Part shown: in pieces, positions 60,426 to 64,000 of the stretch
Layout: each line of letters starts with the position of its first letter
How positions within the stretch are numbered: the first letter of the stretch is position 1
Assembly: GCA_963820525.1 (NCBI GenBank)
Contig: CAWGAA010000001.1
Location: 832,001-896,000 of the forward strand
Length of the DNA: 64,000 bases
Origin: an uncultured Spirochaetota bacterium
GTDB lineage: Bacteria; Spirochaetota; Spirochaetia; SZUA-6; Fen-1364
Reading direction: 5' to 3'
The notes under the pieces: generated by a model
Database searches by the model: none
The model's input: the letters and a program-made list of their open reading frames with translations, nothing else
Told to the model about the DNA's origin: nothing
Position numbers and translations under genes: made by a program

Positions 60426-61374
60426 CGATTTTCTTGTCCTCGGTTATTAGAGTTCCTACAGTATCAGCCAGAACATCGACCAAATTTAGCATGTCCTGAG
60501 GATTTGCATCTTGATGCACAGGCAAATTCATTATGTGCCGAGAAATATCGAAAGAAATCGGGAAATCAACTCTAGATAGCTGCTCGATCATCGTGTGATA
60601 TAAGCTGACAACGCCGAATCCCGCATGATTCATCTTCTCGTATAATCGGTTGCGCGAGACCCCGCTTATCCACACAGGATAGGTTTGTGGCACTTCTCCC
60701 GGTTTCAAGATAGGGTGGAAAGAAGCGACTCCCTTTATACGGTCCTTCAGCGCAATTGCCAGTGTTTTGGCATTTTCAATCCGACTATTTGCGATTCGTG
60801 CGAAATCATATTCAAAGCAGTCCCGCCATTCTTCATTTCCAAACTGGGCCAAATCCACAATCCCCTCGCTAGAATTGATGCAAAGGATTCCTCCCCGATC
60901 ACGGGGGAGCATCTTATGTAATGAGAAAATTGCAGCATCACCAAGATGGCCGGAGATACCGCCCACCATATCAGTAAACAAAGCATGCGCTTCATCCTCA
61001 ATGACTTTCATACCTCGCGCATGTGCCATTCGAACGACCTCTTCGTAGAAAGGGTCTACAAATCCGAAATAATGAATGACTACAAGCAACTTGAACCCGC
61101 CATAGGTAAGCAGGTTTTCAAAGTACGTTACATCGATGCTTAAATCGCTTTCCAGTCGGTAAAAGACGGCAGACAGCCCCATCGCCGCAACAGGATCAAA
61201 AACGCCGGAACCTTCTCTCGAAGACCACCCTATATATGCCGGTAATAAGATTCTATCTCCACGCTCAATTCCCAGAGCTTCCATATACGATCTAAACGCG
61301 CTCCTTGCATTGGAGTAATAGAAGTATCTCCGCTTAAAAGCGTTAGGGTTTTTCGCGAGTTTTTCTATCTTCAT
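60418..61374 (-). CDS. DegT-like PLP-dependent aminotransferase
   Basis: NARSAF, VIHYFG, IEDEAH, FSLHKML and NLPVHQ motifs. Confidence 0.82.
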   Translation of the reverse strand: MKIEKLAKNPNAFKRRYFYYSNARSAFRSYMEALGIERGDRILLPAYIGWSSREGSGVFDPVAAMGLSAVFYRLESDLSIDVTYFENLLTYGGFKLLVVIHYFGFVDPFYEEVVRMAHARGMKVIEDEAHALFTDMVGGISGHLGDAAIFSLHKMLPRDRGGILCINSSEGIVDLAQFGNEEWRDCFEYDFARIANSRIENAKTLAIALKDRIKGVASFHPILKPGEVPQTYPVWISGVSRNRLYEKMNHAGFGVVSLYHTMIEQLSRVDFPISFDISRHIMNLPVHQDANPQDMLNLVDVLADTVGTLITEDKKIDG

Positions 61375-61590
61375 CTAGCAATTCCACTAAACGATAAGAA
61401 TCTGAGTGCATCGCCACCAGGACGGCTTTCAGAAGGGTTTTCGGATGGAACGGTGGTCGCTCGTCGTCGAATCCCTCTTTATGCGTTTCTATTAATAGCA
61501 TCTGTTATCTATTCGTGAAAGGTAGAGTATGCATGCCAAAGGATCTTTCAATATGTTCGCGAGGTATTACACTTGGCGATTTTGGCCGAA

Positions 61591-62415
61591 TCAGCTTGGA
61601 GCTTTCGAGGGCCAGGAGGAAGTTGATTCGAGCTGTTTATCCATCGCATCAATAAGGGCGCTCATTTCGGTTCTCATGCGAATTGTCCTAATTAGCTTCT
61701 CCGCGTTCCTGAGTTTTCCTTGAGCAACTTCCTCGCCAAGCAGCGCAAGCAGCTTCCTTTTTGGATCCAACAATTGAAGAGCATTTTCAGCATCTGGATC
61801 ATCCAAGACATCTGCCTGAGTTATCCTGAACCATTTCTCTCCGAGCATGCCGACTTCATATTGACCTCTTATGGTCTGCACAGTGAATTGAGAAAATCCA
61901 TATTCTCTAAAGCAAAGATCGGCTTGGGCTCCTCCAGAAATAATCCCAGTTCTTTCCACGCTGATCGAATTCAAAGGTATGGAATACCAAGCAGAGAAAT
62001 GGATGGGCGAGAAACCCAATTTCCCATACCAATCCTTAGCCACACTATTATCGTCAAACACGTCAAGCACCATCGAGGAAAATCGATCCGAGCGAATAGA
62101 GGCTAGTGAAAATCTTAAGAGATGCATGCCCAACCCTCGGCTTCTAAATTCGGGATGAGTACAAACGTAATTCAGAAAGACCGAATTCCGGACAATACGC
62201 AGCTCGATGTATCCGACTATCTTATTCTTGTCTAAGGCAACGGCGGATAAGGTATCGCGAAGTTCCTTCGGTAACTTGAGCTGATCTGCAAGAAAGCGCC
62301 CTACGCCGAAGCAACCATAAATCGTGCATCCTAGAATCTTGGGCTGGAAGGATTGCTTCACGATAGCGACAATTCCGTCAACGTCATCGATGCAAGCTTC
62401 GCGCAAGTCAATCAT
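61591..62415 (-). CDS. GNAT N-acetyltransferase
   Basis: HPEFRSRGLG acetyl-CoA-binding motif; N..A..WYGKLGF. Confidence 0.85.
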   Translation of the reverse strand: MIDLREACIDDVDGIVAIVKQSFQPKILGCTIYGCFGVGRFLADQLKLPKELRDTLSAVALDKNKIVGYIELRIVRNSVFLNYVCTHPEFRSRGLGMHLLRFSLASIRSDRFSSMVLDVFDDNSVAKDWYGKLGFSPIHFSAWYSIPLNSISVERTGIISGGAQADLCFREYGFSQFTVQTIRGQYEVGMLGEKWFRITQADVLDDPDAENALQLLDPKRKLLALLGEEVAQGKLRNAEKLIRTIRMRTEMSALIDAMDKQLESTSSWPSKAPS

Positions 62416-62434
62416 AGATGCCTTCCATTGCCGC

Positions 62435-63031
62435 TCAACCCCTTTCTTCATCCAGATCTTTCATTGCCTTGCCTGGATCGACGATAACTCCACGCCGATT
62501 GATTGCTTTTGAAATCGTACGCAAAATAATATTGAAATCGAGCAATATGTTGTGATTTTCTATGTACCAAACGTCACAAGCAAGTCTTCGATCCCATGCA
62601 AGTTCATTGCGGCCATGTATTTGTGCCCAGCCTGTGATTCCAGGACGCATCACAAATCTTTTTCTCTCCTCTTCCTTGAAATAAGGCAGATAACGCATCA
62701 ATAGTGGCCTTGGCCCAACTAAGCTCATATCACCTTTCAGAACATTTATTAGCTCCGGGAGCTCATCTATGCTGCTTCTCCGCAGAAATTTCCCCAATCG
62801 CGTTAGGCGCTGCCCATCCGGAAGCAATCGACCGCCCTCATTTTTTTCATTCGTCATCGTACGGAACTTATACATTAAAAAAGGTTTTTCACCGAGTCCG
62901 GGCCGTTTCTGCGCAAAAATAACGGGAAGCCCCATTTTTCTTCTTATCAATAAAGCGATGATAATAAATAGAGGGAAAGCAATGATAATCCCGACTCCTG
63001 CAGCTAAAATGTCAAACAATCTTTTTATCAT
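62435..63031 (-). CDS. PglC-like small phosphoglycosyl transferase
   Basis: KRLFD, KFRTM, SIDELPEL, VGPRPLL and RPGITGWAQ motifs. Confidence 0.93.
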   Translation of the reverse strand: MIKRLFDILAAGVGIIIAFPLFIIIALLIRRKMGLPVIFAQKRPGLGEKPFLMYKFRTMTNEKNEGGRLLPDGQRLTRLGKFLRRSSIDELPELINVLKGDMSLVGPRPLLMRYLPYFKEEERKRFVMRPGITGWAQIHGRNELAWDRRLACDVWYIENHNILLDFNIILRTISKAINRRGVIVDPGKAMKDLDEERG

Positions 63032-63060
63032 CGCCCTTCCTATTACGCTAATGTAAACGA

Positions 63061-64000
63061 TTACGCTCGCTTCCTTTTGAGCATCACGGCTTTGATTAAT
63101 TCCAAATACCTCTCAAACAAGACTTCCCGAGAATAATATTTTTGAAAAGCTTCCCTTCCTGCCCGTCCGAATGCTTCGCGCTCCTCACGAGACATTCGAT
63201 ACAGCTTTCGAATCGAATTGGCTAGTGCCTCAGGGTCTTCTGGTGGGACAATAAGTCCGGCTCCGGCTTGCAAGATCATCTCAGCAGCATCCCCTGCGAC
63301 GCAGCAGATTATAGGTTTTCCGCATGCCATGTACGCAGTAGTCTTGCCAGGAATCGTTATCGCGAAAAGAGGTTCATTCCTTAAATGCACTAAGAGTGCG
63401 TCCGCGATAGAAAAGAACGAAGGCATTCTTTGCGCTGGCTGGGGAGGAATGAATCGAACGTTTGACAGCTTTCGATCTCGCGCTTCCTTTTCCAGCATCG
63501 AACGCTCAACTCCATCTCCAATTATGACAATCTGAATCTCAGGTATGTCGTACAGAAGCTCAGCTGCACAAATGACATTACGTAGGATCTGAGCAGAGCC
63601 AATGTTTCCACCATAGACAACATTGAAACGATTCTTCAGCCCATGCTCATCAGCAAGATCTGCTTCCCGAGGAACCGGTCTATAGATGCTCTCATCAGCC
63701 CAATTGGGGATCACATGGATTTTATTACCAGGTAATCCTTTTGAGATCAAGTTTTTCCTAAAACCCTTCGAAATAACAGTAATCGCTTCTGCGCGCCGAT
63801 AAATGAATGTTGCAACTCTATCAATCCAATTTAGCATTAATTTGGACCGTAGTATTCCCGTAGCTTTGAGTGTTTCAGGCCATAAATCTTGTACCTCATA
63901 AATAAACGGGATATGTCTTAGTTTAGAAATTATAAGAGCGGGCAGAGCAATTGAAAGCGGCGGATGATAAACCCACATAGCATCAGCATCACCGCATGAA
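63061..64000 (-). CDS. GT4 glycosyltransferase (WbuB-like); 5' end outside window
   Basis: QDLWPE, IPNWAD, YGGNIG and PGKTTAYMACGKPI motifs; frame open to the window edge. Confidence 0.9.
   Translation of the reverse strand, partial: SCGDADAMWVYHPPLSIALPALIISKLRHIPFIYEVQDLWPETLKATGILRSKLMLNWIDRVATFIYRRAEAITVISKGFRKNLISKGLPGNKIHVIPNWADESIYRPVPREADLADEHGLKNRFNVVYGGNIGSAQILRNVICAAELLYDIPEIQIVIIGDGVERSMLEKEARDRKLSNVRFIPPQPAQRMPSFFSIADALLVHLRNEPLFAITIPGKTTAYMACGKPIICCVAGDAAEMILQAGAGLIVPPEDPEALANSIRKLYRMSREEREAFGRAGREAFQKYYSREVLFERYLELIKAVMLKRKRA

Noticed and set aside
1..64000. CRISPR array, rRNA, tRNA, prophage or integrase
   Set aside because: No regularly spaced DNA repeats, structural-RNA signatures or phage/integrase motifs were recognised by eye.

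Overview
Bacterial chromosomal window. It is GC-rich up to about 48.9 kb and visibly AT-richer after that. Lipobox style and gene content suggest a free-living spirochaete (inference). In order it holds: a pseudouridine catabolism pair; a membrane histidine kinase converging on a group 3d NAD-linked [NiFe]-hydrogenase operon (hoxFUYH), whose maturation protease reads in frame into a receiver domain; a serine hydrolase and exported MsrA; a five-gene phosphorelay cluster with a V4R/H-NOX-like kinase; an orphan GatC; RND and ABC-2 exporters; DegP; an EXPERA + DUF1295 pair; an HD/PDE-like protein; fucU; a complete IS1182-family element with a CTAG duplication; Lon; an MFS transporter; three TA-like modules, one with an internally deleted HEPN toxin; surface lipoproteins; a class III adenylate cyclase; and the distal part of a glycan locus with five initiating phosphoglycosyl transferases. 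Several single-base frameshifts suggest assembly indel errors or recent gene decay. Four genes have a -10 box exactly 6 nt before the start codon, suggesting leaderless mRNAs. I recognised no rRNA, tRNA or CRISPR array. All family calls come from motif recognition, not database searches.
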